Notes: generated by a model from the sequence alone, not told the origin. DNA of 19,125 nt from Candidatus Micrarchaeota archaeon (GCA_964388265.1 CAYLXZ010000001.1:4933-24057); one strand, 5' to 3'. Counted from the stretch's first letter, positions 1 through 7,836 are shown. Made by a program: numbers and translations.

Positions 1-203
1 AAGGGTGAGAAATCGTATTTGTCGTTTATGGTTATTTGGCCTCTTAAGTCGATTTTTTCATCTGATTCCGGTACTTCTAAAATGTAGTTATCCGTTACTA
101 GCTTTGATTCTCCTTGGTAGGAGTCTACCTGGGTTATACTTAGTCCTAGGGTGGTTAGGATTGTTAGTGTGGTTATTATTTTCATCATGGTGTTTTTATT
201 CAT
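1..203 (-). CDS. Secreted/surface hypothetical protein, 5' part only (runs off the window's left edge)
   Basis: Manual translation from ATG at 203: MNKNTMMKIITTLTILTTLGLSITQVDSYQGESKLVTDNYILEVPESDEKIDLRGQITINDKYDFSP..., with no stop to base 1. The N-terminus is signal-peptide-like, the codons are A/C-rich like neighbouring genes, and the start lies 5 nt after the thpR stop with GTGA-TAAAA-ATG spacing. Not in the ORF track. Confidence 0.75.
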   Translation of the reverse strand, partial: MNKNTMMKIITTLTILTTLGLSITQVDSYQGESKLVTDNYILEVPESDEKIDLRGQITINDKYDFSP

Positions 204-208
204 TTTTA

Positions 209-748
209 TCACAGTTTTACTTTTTTGATTGTTTCGTATGTGGGTCCGGAGCTCTTTAGATGGCTTTCTATTAGTTCAACTTCTTTTACTTCTGTGTCTT
301 TGTAGTGTTTGCTGTATTCTTCTTTGAAGGCTTTTTTTATCTCTGGGTTGGGTTTGTTTTTGACTCTTGCTATGGTTACGTGTGGTTTGTAGACCTTGTC
401 TCTTTCTTTGAATTCTTTGTTTATGTACGCTTTCTCTGTTTCTCGGGCTAGTTTCCTTATCTCTGGTGTGTTGACTCCTATCCATATTACTTTTATGAAT
501 TCTTGGTTTGGGAAGGCTCCTGTTTCTTCGAGTTTTGCGTTGAATGACCCGAACCCTTCTAGTTCTTCCAGTGCTTTCTCCGCGTCTTTTATTTTTTCTT
601 CAGGTGTGTCTCCTAAGAACTTTAGGTTTATGTGTAGGTTTTCTTCTTTAACTGTCTTTGTTGAATTGAATTTCTCTAGGAAGTTTATTAGGTTTTTTAT
701 CTCTTTGTTTGGCTTTATTCTGATCCCTGTGAATAGTCTTCGGGACAT
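209..748 (-). CDS. thpR: RNA 2',3'-cyclic phosphodiesterase / 2'-5' RNA ligase family (2H phosphoesterase)
   Basis: 179 aa with N-terminal RLFTGI, first 2H motif ENLHINLKFLG, GAFP..VIWIG, second motif YKPHVTIARVK and C-terminal ESHLKSSGPTYE, the typical LigT/ThpR layout. Confidence 0.92.
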   Translation of the reverse strand: MSRRLFTGIRIKPNKEIKNLINFLEKFNSTKTVKEENLHINLKFLGDTPEEKIKDAEKALEELEGFGSFNAKLEETGAFPNQEFIKVIWIGVNTPEIRKLARETEKAYINKEFKERDKVYKPHVTIARVKNKPNPEIKKAFKEEYSKHYKDTEVKEVELIESHLKSSGPTYETIKKVKL

Positions 749-763
749 GTATAATCAAATCAT

Positions 764-777
764 TATATATTTAAAAA
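764..777 (-). promoter_or_regulatory. Putative TATA box for thpR (leaderless or near-leaderless transcript)
   Basis: The minus strand reads TTTTTAAATATATA, with the TTTAAATA core about 20-27 nt upstream of the ATG at 748. No SD is present. Confidence 0.5.
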
Positions 778-791
778 CTGTTGGGTTTCTT

Positions 792-2552
792 TCATATGAG
801 TTTCAGGAGTTTGTAGTTTTCTTCGAGCATTGATTCGTCCTCTGTTTCAAGGAAACATCCTCCTTTGAAGTGTTTCTGCATGTTCTTTGTGACTTTATTG
901 GGTTTCTTGGTGAATTGAGTTATTTCTTCTGCTGTTCCTGTTCCTTGGAATTTTTCCAGTGCTTCTTTGTCTGGCTCTTGGCTTAGATAGATATCTATTT
1001 CCTTGTCTTTGAGTTCTCTCTTTATTTTCCTTATTGTTTTCTTGGTCTGTTTTTCTGTTTCTCTCGTGATTTTCTCTGTATTGTTTAGTTTTTTCATTGA
1101 TTTTATCAGCCCGATTAGGGAGAGGTTGTAGCTGAGTTGATTTATATTTATTTTTTCTTCTTTCTTGGTTTTTGTTTCCATGAAGGATAGTAGTTCTTTC
1201 TTTTTTTCCTTGATCTTGGTTTTTTTCTTCTTCATTATCTCTTTCGTTGTGTTTATTTCTTGTTTGAGTTTTTCATGGAATCTGGTTTCTTCTTCTAGGG
1301 GGTAGCTCGGTAGATTTAGGGATATTGTCTGCATTACTCCTTTTTTATCTCTCGGAACTGTCTCCATGTAGGTTAGGCTTTCTTTTAATCCTCCGTTGAT
1401 TAGGTATATTGGCCTTGGCAGTTTCTCTGGGTTTTCTATTGGTTCTTCGTGTTTTATGCAGATGTTCGGGAACTTGAATGTGTTATCTTTATAGTCTCCT
1501 TTTTTGTAGGTTTCTAGGAATATTTCTTTGAATTTCTCTGCTTCTTCGCTGTATTCTTTGTAGGGTATACCTGTCTTTTCTCCTTTCACCACTGTTTCTT
1601 CTTCTTTCAATTCTTCAGGGATCTTTTGATCTAGGTTCACTGTGTAGGCCAGTGGGTGTGCGCTTACTTGGTTGAGTTCATAGAGAAAGGTCTGCGCTAC
1701 CTGTTGAATTTCTTCTCTGTCTAGTTCCTTTAGGTATGGTGCTATTAAAGTATTTAATGAATCTATTGAGGTTCCGCCTGAGGTGTATCTCTTGGAGATT
1801 AGAAGTGACCTGGCTGCGTGTGAGGCTGCTACTTCTGGGTTTTGAGCTGGACCTGTTTCAACCACTTTTGGTATTTTGATTCCTTCTTTGAACAGGTTTC
1901 TCAGGTTGTTTTTGAGGGATATTGGCCTTGTTACGAATCCTTCGATGTTGTGGATGTGTATGTGTCCTTTTAGGTGCTCTTGGCTTAGTTTTCTGGGTAG
2001 TGCTTTTGTGAGCGTGTATTCTTTCAGTACTCTTGAGCTGAATTCTTCATGTAGTTTTGTGGGGTCGGATACTTCTTTTTCTTCTATTATCTTCTTTGTA
2101 TCGTATATTGGGAGCCCTATCCGTGTGTAGTTTCTTTTTTCGTTTATATGTCTCTTTTCTAGGAGTTTGGCGTTCACCATTTCTCTTATCAGGGAGCTTG
2201 ATATGTTCTGTAGTTTTAGTCTTCTTACGTCTTCGCTTATTTGGTCTGCTACTTCTTTTGCTACTGTTCTTGGTACGTAGGTTTCTCTTAATAGTGATTT
2301 AACTATTTTTTCTTTGTTGAATGGCTGTAGTTTTCCATCGGTTGTTCTAACTTCTATGGAGTGGTAGTTCCGGAATCTTTCCGCGGCTTCCTCGCTGTAG
2401 TTCTTTAAAGTTTCATATATTTTTCTCTGTATTTCTTCTTCCCCTATGTCTCCTTCTAGTTCGTCTTTAAGTTCTAGGGAGGTTTTTGAACCTATCCAGA
2501 AGTCTATTCCTGCTCTCTTGCATTTTTCCAGTACTTCATTCGGAGAAACCAT
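792..2552 (-). CDS. ATP-cone-containing class III (anaerobic) ribonucleotide reductase-like protein, apparently catalytically inactive
   Basis: ATP cone VRTTDGKLQPFNKEKIVKSLLRET...IREMVNAKLLE preceded by a partial cone-like segment. Archaeal NrdD-like blocks: YTRIGLPIYD, EHLKGHIHIH, GPAQNPEVA, NTLIAPY, QTFLYELNQ, FKFPNI, GVMQTISLNLP, SLIGL, KHFKGG. It lacks the catalytic Cys positions, the C-terminal CxxC..CxxC and the RxxGY glycyl-radical motif. Confidence 0.8.
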   Translation of the reverse strand: MVSPNEVLEKCKRAGIDFWIGSKTSLELKDELEGDIGEEEIQRKIYETLKNYSEEAAERFRNYHSIEVRTTDGKLQPFNKEKIVKSLLRETYVPRTVAKEVADQISEDVRRLKLQNISSSLIREMVNAKLLEKRHINEKRNYTRIGLPIYDTKKIIEEKEVSDPTKLHEEFSSRVLKEYTLTKALPRKLSQEHLKGHIHIHNIEGFVTRPISLKNNLRNLFKEGIKIPKVVETGPAQNPEVAASHAARSLLISKRYTSGGTSIDSLNTLIAPYLKELDREEIQQVAQTFLYELNQVSAHPLAYTVNLDQKIPEELKEEETVVKGEKTGIPYKEYSEEAEKFKEIFLETYKKGDYKDNTFKFPNICIKHEEPIENPEKLPRPIYLINGGLKESLTYMETVPRDKKGVMQTISLNLPSYPLEEETRFHEKLKQEINTTKEIMKKKKTKIKEKKKELLSFMETKTKKEEKININQLSYNLSLIGLIKSMKKLNNTEKITRETEKQTKKTIRKIKRELKDKEIDIYLSQEPDKEALEKFQGTGTAEEITQFTKKPNKVTKNMQKHFKGGCFLETEDESMLEENYKLLKLI

Positions 2553-2587
2553 ACACTTAATTTAATGGAGTGATAATAATTAAATAT
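2553..2587. promoter_or_regulatory. 35-bp divergent intergenic region with overlapping AT-rich TATA-like elements
   Basis: ACACTTAATTTAATGGAGTGATAATAATTAAATAT separates two outward-facing ATGs (2552 minus, 2588 plus). A TTAATTTA-like box lies about 25-30 nt from each ATG. Confidence 0.5.
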
Positions 2588-3010
2588 ATGGAGTTAGATG
2601 AAACTGATAGAGAAATCCTGGATATTTTGAAGAACACGGGAAGGATAAGTTATACTGAAATAGGGGATGAATTAGGTATAAGTGATGTTGCAGCGAAGAA
2701 GAGAATAAGTAAATTACAGGAAGAAGGTGTTATAGAGAATTTCACGGTTAATCTAGATTACTCCAAGCTAGGTAAATCTCTACATGGGTTCTTGTTAGTC
2801 AAGATCTCTCCTGAAATCAAGGAAAAAACCAGAGAGAAACTTCAGGGTAACGAGAAAGTCTTGAGGTTCTACAACACGATAGGAGAATACGATTTAATCA
2901 TAGAAACAGCTTGTAAGGACCTGGATGAAGTGAAAGAGTTCACTGAAAGAGAAATAGGTAACTTAAAAGGAGTTCAGGAGATAAGAACAGCAATAGTCAC
3001 GGGTCAGTGA
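2588..3010 (+). CDS. Lrp/AsnC family transcriptional regulator
   Basis: MELDETDREILDILKNTGRISYTEIGDELGISDVAAKKRISKLQEEGVIENFT is the AsnC HTH, followed by a RAM domain with GEYDLI. Start moved to ATG 2588 (140 aa). Confidence 0.93.
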   Translation: MELDETDREILDILKNTGRISYTEIGDELGISDVAAKKRISKLQEEGVIENFTVNLDYSKLGKSLHGFLLVKISPEIKEKTREKLQGNEKVLRFYNTIGEYDLIIETACKDLDEVKEFTEREIGNLKGVQEIRTAIVTGQ

Positions 3011-3015
3011 TCAAC

Positions 3016-3363
3016 ATGAAGATAGAGGCAAAAGTCAAACCCACCGAGAAACCAGAAAAACTGAAAAAAGCAATCCTAAAAGTCTTCCCAGACGCGGAGC
3101 TAGATTTCAATGAACAGGAAAACAAATTCAAAGGAGAAACCAGTTTCAAAGAATTCTGGGAAAAAGTAGAGGAACAGAAAATCAGGGATTCAATCCTAGA
3201 AGTACTCAAGAAAAACAAGAAGAATAAAAGAACCTATATAGATATAAGTAAGACAACAGCTGCTTCAGGTAAACTCTCCACCTACGTAGGGTCTTCACTA
3301 GGGAAAATACATCTGGTTATAGACTGGGAAGAAGCAGATCAAGTAATTCAAGAATTTAATTGA
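3016..3363 (+). CDS. UPF0201 family putative RNA-binding protein
   Basis: KVKPTEKPEKLKKAILKVFPD, QKIRDS, ISKTTAASGKLS and LGKIHLVI match the archaeal UPF0201 pattern (PTED.EKV..A..N.FP / Q.I.D / KQAA..G / LGPI). ATG 3016 follows an AGTGAT SD overlapping the Lrp stop. Confidence 0.75.
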   Translation: MKIEAKVKPTEKPEKLKKAILKVFPDAELDFNEQENKFKGETSFKEFWEKVEEQKIRDSILEVLKKNKKNKRTYIDISKTTAASGKLSTYVGSSLGKIHLVIDWEEADQVIQEFN

Positions 3364-3421
3364 CCATGATCCAGTTACACGTATGTAAAGAAATAAATAG
3401 GTGAATAGGGTTAATTTAAAT

Positions 3422-4558
3422 ATGAATCGATTCAAGGTTCTACTTTCACTATGTCTAGTTTTCACCACAGCCTTAGCAACGGTTCAAGTGGTTGACCCGG
3501 TTAATGAAACCTATGAACAGGGAGATGAAATCAACCTAAGGCAGAAACCCTATCAAACAGGGTACAACATTCTTCTAACGATCGAGAAAGACAAATGGAT
3601 CAACTTAACATCTCCAGACTTCGATACGTATATCGAGGACCTGAACAACACACTTAAAATTTCACTAAGAAAAATTCCGTCTGAAAAAGGCAACTACTCC
3701 AGCGAAATAACATTCATAGGGGAAGACAACACAACACAGACCAATACCTTGCTCTATAGAGCTAAAAAAACCAAGCTACATGCCTACATGAAGTACCCCT
3801 TGAATAGAGAACTCCCTAAGAACGACACGGTCTCGATAGGAAAGGTTGCTCCAGGGCAAAGAATGACTCTCGTGCTTGGAAGAAAACTTAACTCAGGTCC
3901 ATTCAAATGGGGAGAAGCAGAGGTAATCGGAAAGGAATCAAGCTACTACAACGTACCCAAAGACAAGGAACTCAACGAGATAATACCAGTAGAAACAATC
4001 CAGAAGAAGAACCTGCATAAAGAAAACCAAACCTACATAGCTCTAAATTTAGAGGCACCGGAAGAAACCGGTTCCTATGAATTCGAAATCAAGTTAAAAT
4101 CCTTATTCAGCTTCCCAGCCACTAGGAAACTCTCAGTAGAAGTAGAGAAAGATGTATATAGCTTTGAAGTATCTGACTTAACGGCCACGGCAGGAGAACC
4201 CAATGAGATACCTGTATCCATAGAAAGTGACTCCATAGCTGTGGAGAAATTCACCTTCACACCACAGTCTCTACCTAAAGACTGGGTTATGGGTCCAAAA
4301 GGAAAAGAAGCCACCGAGATAAAAGTTAGAGCGGGAGAAGACAAGGAATCATCTCTACCTATACAAGTAGATCAAGAAGGAATGTATGAGGCATCTTACA
4401 GAGTCATGGATCGAGGAGGCAGGTTTGTTGGAACTTACTCTTCGGAGATCTATGTGAAACCTACGATTAAATCAAAGTTAGGTGGATTCAAGAAAGGACA
4501 TAGCCTAACATTACCAATATTACAGCCGTTCTATTCTTTATTCAGTCTTCTAGGGTAG
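3422..4558 (+). CDS. Secreted/cell-surface glycoprotein with beta-rich (Ig-like) domains and a hydrophobic C-terminal tail
   Basis: Signal peptide MNRFKVLLSLCLVFTTALA from ATG 3422, seven N-x-S/T sequons, beta-strand-like alternation, and C-terminus LTLPILQPFYSLFSLLG. Confidence 0.7.
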   Translation: MNRFKVLLSLCLVFTTALATVQVVDPVNETYEQGDEINLRQKPYQTGYNILLTIEKDKWINLTSPDFDTYIEDLNNTLKISLRKIPSEKGNYSSEITFIGEDNTTQTNTLLYRAKKTKLHAYMKYPLNRELPKNDTVSIGKVAPGQRMTLVLGRKLNSGPFKWGEAEVIGKESSYYNVPKDKELNEIIPVETIQKKNLHKENQTYIALNLEAPEETGSYEFEIKLKSLFSFPATRKLSVEVEKDVYSFEVSDLTATAGEPNEIPVSIESDSIAVEKFTFTPQSLPKDWVMGPKGKEATEIKVRAGEDKESSLPIQVDQEGMYEASYRVMDRGGRFVGTYSSEIYVKPTIKSKLGGFKKGHSLTLPILQPFYSLFSLLG

Positions 4559-4578
4559 TTGAATCTGGTTTGGTGTTT

Positions 4579-5070
4579 TTATTGTAGTTTCTTGTAGTTT
4601 TTTTCTTCTAGTTTGTCAAGAAAGTCTTTGATTCTTTTTTCTTTTACATTGAGGTTTTCTCTTAGTTCTTTTTCCAGTTGTTTTTTTGATTTGTTCTCTG
4701 TTTTGTTTCTCTGAAGCCATTTAAGAACTTTTTTCTGATCTTTAGATATTTTGAATTCTTCTTTTGAACCTGTTAGGCCTATTTGCAGGTACGGTTGGTG
4801 TGGTTTTCTAACTTTTTCACTATATTTAAGAGGCATCTTTGCTATCTTCTGCTTTACTCTTGATGTAGGTTCTTCTATTCCTGCTTTATGTAGCTCGGTT
4901 GAGATCCTGCTAGCGACATTGCCTATTCCTTTTTCTTCTGCTTCTCCTTTTTCAAGAAGCTCTTTAGCTCTTTTTTCAACGATTTCATCTACTGAGAGTT
5001 CTTTTTCTTCTTTCCATTTTCTGTATTTCTTTATTCTCTTCTTCTCCTTTTTACTGAGTTTTCCACCCAT
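4579..5070 (-). CDS. Lys/Glu-rich hypothetical protein, possible C-terminal winged-helix
   Basis: 163-aa ORF with host-like A-rich codons and an upstream TTTTATAA box plus GAGTGA SD. The segment ISKDQKKVLKWLQ...KQLEKEL...NVKEKRIKDFLDKLEEKNY resembles a wHTH. Confidence 0.6.
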   Translation of the reverse strand: MGGKLSKKEKKRIKKYRKWKEEKELSVDEIVEKRAKELLEKGEAEEKGIGNVASRISTELHKAGIEEPTSRVKQKIAKMPLKYSEKVRKPHQPYLQIGLTGSKEEFKISKDQKKVLKWLQRNKTENKSKKQLEKELRENLNVKEKRIKDFLDKLEEKNYKKLQ

Positions 5071-5147
5071 CTCGTTTCACTCTATCTTGTTTAACGGCTT
5101 AGTTATAAAAAATCTTTACGGTTCTCTGGAAATCTTGTGATGATGGA

Positions 5148-5175
5148 AGGTTTGTATAAACCTATCTTTTATAAA
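5148..5175 (+). promoter_or_regulatory. Palindromic operator (AGGTTTGT|ATAAACCT) next to the TATA box TTTATAAA of the PQQ-repeat gene
   Basis: 16-bp inverted repeat with one mismatch at 5148-5163, TTTATAAA at 5168-5175, ATG at 5207. Confidence 0.5.
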
Positions 5176-5206
5176 TTTATTCTTCCTTATCTAAATGTGA
5201 CTAAAC

Positions 5207-6208
5207 ATGAATCATAATAAACTCACCATAACTATCTTGATGGTAATACTAATATTCCCTGTAGCAGTGAATGCTTCTTATCAAGAAGGATCACCATGGC
5301 CAAGATTCGGACGAAACAACACTGGACAGGCTAGAAGCCCTTATTACACTAGTCATATAAACGGAACAGAGAAGTGGAGTTTCTCTACAGGTGATTATGT
5401 GGTTTCTTCTCCTGCTGTTGGTGGTGATGGTACTGTTTATGTAGGTTCAGATGATGGTAATGTGTATGCTTTGAATGGTTCTACTGGTTCTGAGATCTGG
5501 AACTTCACTACAGGTGGTGATGTGCATTATTCTTCTCCTGCTGTTGGTGGTGATGGTACTGTCTATATAGGTTCAGTTGATGGTAATGTGTATGCTTTGA
5601 ATGGTAGTGATGGTTCTGAGATCTGGAACTTCACCACAGGTGACGGTGTGGATTCTTCTCCTGCTATAGGTGCTGATGGTACTGTCTACATTGGCTCTGA
5701 GGATAATCATGTGTATGCTTTGGATGGTTCTACTGGTTCTGAGATCTGGAACTTCACCACAGGTAATGATGTGCGTTCTTCTCCTGCTATTGGTTCAGAT
5801 GGCACTATCTATATAGGTTCATATGATCATAATGTGTATGCGTTGACAGGGAAATATAATAACCTGACAACCAACTCTACAACTGGTGGGTCGGTAGATG
5901 ACCCAGGGGAAGGTGAGTTTAATTATGCAGATGGAATAGAAGTCACCTTAAGCGCTTCCAGTGACACAGGCTACAACTTTAGTGAATGGACTGGGGACAC
6001 GGCGAGTATAGCTGATGTGAATTCCCCTGATACAACTATAACCATGAATGACGATTACAGCATAACAGCGAACTTCCAAGAAGAAACCACAGAAGAAGAA
6101 CCACAACAAATAACCGCAACCACCACAACAGCACCAGCACTAACTCTTATACTAGTAATCGGGTTATTCCTCGCATCGATAGGATTCTACGTAGTTAATA
6201 AAGAGTAA
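5207..6208 (+). CDS. Membrane-anchored surface protein: PQQ-like (BamB-type) beta-propeller repeats, InlB B-repeat-like domain, C-terminal TM helix
   Basis: Signal peptide, SPWPRFGRN..TG..P leader typical of PQQ-repeat proteins, four W.FTTG..V.SSPA.G.DGTVY.GS.D..VYAL repeats, domain LTTNSTTGGSV..PGEG.F.Y..G..VTL.A....GY.F..WTGD...ITMNDDYSITANF, Thr/Glu linker and TM segment ALTLILVIGLFLASIGFYVV. Confidence 0.88.
   Translation: MNHNKLTITILMVILIFPVAVNASYQEGSPWPRFGRNNTGQARSPYYTSHINGTEKWSFSTGDYVVSSPAVGGDGTVYVGSDDGNVYALNGSTGSEIWNFTTGGDVHYSSPAVGGDGTVYIGSVDGNVYALNGSDGSEIWNFTTGDGVDSSPAIGADGTVYIGSEDNHVYALDGSTGSEIWNFTTGNDVRSSPAIGSDGTIYIGSYDHNVYALTGKYNNLTTNSTTGGSVDDPGEGEFNYADGIEVTLSASSDTGYNFSEWTGDTASIADVNSPDTTITMNDDYSITANFQEETTEEEPQQITATTTTAPALTLILVIGLFLASIGFYVVNKE
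5375..5845 (+). repeat. Four intragenic tandem repeats of 123-126 bp
   Basis: The anchor TCTTCTCCTGCT recurs at 5405, 5531, 5654 and 5777 (spacing 126, 123, 123). GGTTCTGAGATCTGGAACTTCAC occurs identically three times. Confidence 0.95.
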
Positions 6209-6235
6209 GTTAAGAAAGACAAAGAAACTTCCCTA

Positions 6236-6243
6236 TTTATAAA
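6236..6243 (+). promoter_or_regulatory. TATA box of the elp3-gatD-kinase-gatE unit (leaderless)
   Basis: TTTATAAA ends 24 nt before ATG 6268, and there is no SD. Confidence 0.6.
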
Positions 6244-6267
6244 GTTCCCGAGACCCATAATAGATAC

Positions 6268-7827
6268 ATGTCCCTAGCAAGAGAAGCGATTGACAGAATT
6301 CTAAATCAAGATATAGAAGACACAGAAGAGATAGAGAAACTTAAGAAAGATCTATCGCGGAAGCATGGTCTAGAGAGAATACCTAAAAACAGCGAGATAC
6401 TTGAAAAAGCAACTGAAGAAGAGAAAAAGAAACTCAGACCAATTCTAAAGAAGAAACCAACCAGGACAATGTCAGGCGTGTCCGTGATAGCTATAATGAC
6501 GGAGCCACTTGAATGTCCAGGAGAATGCGTATACTGCCCAGGTGGAATAGAACAAGAGTCACCTAAGAGCTACACGGGAGAAGAACCAGCGGCAATGAGA
6601 GCAGAAAAAAACCAATACAATGCAAAAAAACAAGTGGAAAATCGATTAAAGCAACTCAAAGACATAGGGCATCCAACCGACAAGATAGAGTTAATCCTCA
6701 TGGGAGGAACCCTACCAGCACACCCAGAATACCAAGAGAAATTCGTTAAAGGAGCATTAGATGGATTAAACCAAGAAGAATCTTCTTCACTGGAAGAAGC
6801 AATAGAGAAAAACGAAACCACGGAACACAGATGCGTAGGAATGACATTCGAAACTCGTCCAGACCACTGCAAGCAAAAACACGTGGATAAAATACTGGAA
6901 CTAGGAGGAACCCGAATAGAGATAGGAGTACAGCATCCAGATAACAGCATCTACAAGAAAATAAAGAGAAAACATACTGTGAAAGACGTAGAAGAAGCAA
7001 CAAAAGCAACAAGAACATCTTTACTCAAAATAAACTACCACCTAATGCCCAATCTCCCAGGCTCGAACCCAGAGAAAGACCTCAAGATGTTCAAAGAAAT
7101 ATTCCAAGACAAGAGATACAAGCCAGATATGCTCAAGATATATCCCACGCTACTTACAGACCCAGAAAAAATTCCAACAGGCAAAACAAAGCTACATGAT
7201 TTATGGGAAAATGGTGAATGGAGTTACTATGGGGAAGAAGAAACAATAGATCTACTAGCCAAAGCTAGGAAGCATATACCGAAATACGTGAGGGTGATGA
7301 GAACACAGAGAGACATACCAGCCAAATTAATCAAAAAAGGAGTAACCTCAAGCAACTTAAGGCAACTAGTAGATAAAAAAGCAGAGGAACTTGGAATAGA
7401 CACACGTGAAATAAGATACAGAGAGATAAGAGACCAAGAACCAGACAAAACAAAGCTCATGGTAAAGAAATACAGAACCAAAGGAACCACAGAGAGATTC
7501 ATATCAATAGAAGACACAGAGAAAGATAAAATAATCGGATTCACCAGACTAAGCTTCCCGGAAGAATCGAAAAGGCCAGAGATAGATTCAGAAACAGCTG
7601 GAATAAGAGAACTACACGTATACGGACCATCACAACCAATAGGATCAGGAAAGAAAGGAAAAATACAGCACAGTGGCTACGGAGAAAAACTCCTCCAAAA
7701 AGCCGAAGAGATAGCCAGAAAACACGGAAAAGACAAAATGCTCATCACCTCCGGAATCGGAGCCAGAGAATACTACAAGAAAAAAGGATATAAGACAGAA
7801 GAACCATATATGAAAAAGGAGCTCTAG
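6268..7827 (+). CDS. elp3: tRNA uridine(34) acetyltransferase Elp3 (radical SAM plus GNAT)
   Basis: KKPTRTMSGVSVIAIM, CPGECVYCP, PKSYTGEEPAAMRA, MGGT, ETRPD, IEIGVQ, KIYPTL, R.QRDIP, IRELHVYG, QHSGYGEKLL, SGIGAREYYKKKGY. Confidence 0.97.
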   Translation: MSLAREAIDRILNQDIEDTEEIEKLKKDLSRKHGLERIPKNSEILEKATEEEKKKLRPILKKKPTRTMSGVSVIAIMTEPLECPGECVYCPGGIEQESPKSYTGEEPAAMRAEKNQYNAKKQVENRLKQLKDIGHPTDKIELILMGGTLPAHPEYQEKFVKGALDGLNQEESSSLEEAIEKNETTEHRCVGMTFETRPDHCKQKHVDKILELGGTRIEIGVQHPDNSIYKKIKRKHTVKDVEEATKATRTSLLKINYHLMPNLPGSNPEKDLKMFKEIFQDKRYKPDMLKIYPTLLTDPEKIPTGKTKLHDLWENGEWSYYGEEETIDLLAKARKHIPKYVRVMRTQRDIPAKLIKKGVTSSNLRQLVDKKAEELGIDTREIRYREIRDQEPDKTKLMVKKYRTKGTTERFISIEDTEKDKIIGFTRLSFPEESKRPEIDSETAGIRELHVYGPSQPIGSGKKGKIQHSGYGEKLLQKAEEIARKHGKDKMLITSGIGAREYYKKKGYKTEEPYMKKEL

Positions 7828-7836
7828 AGGATTCTC

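Noticed and set aside
1140..1240. Homopolymer T-runs in the NrdD-like gene as a frameshift or phase-variation site
   Set aside because: The frame stays open and NrdD-like blocks (SLIGL, QEP...EKF, HFKGG) continue in the same frame afterwards. The runs just encode Lys tracts.
3375..3388. TTACA-CGTA-TGTAA palindrome upstream of the surface-protein gene
   Set aside because: The arms are only 5 bp in AT-rich DNA, and no second copy was seen.
5137..5200. GTGATGA (box C-like) in the intergenic region as a C/D sRNA
   Set aside because: There is no CTGA box D at a suitable distance, and the region is better explained as a promoter.
5375..5845. Tandem repeats considered as a CRISPR array or DGR template/variable repeat
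   Set aside because: The units are in-frame protein repeats of 123-126 bp without unique spacers, the differences are not adenine-specific, and no reverse transcriptase or cas gene is present.
6514..6540. Elp3 cluster motif CX3CX2C instead of CX4CX2C
   Set aside because: This spacing is the standard radical SAM motif and, from recall, occurs in other prokaryotic Elp3 proteins. All other motifs are intact.
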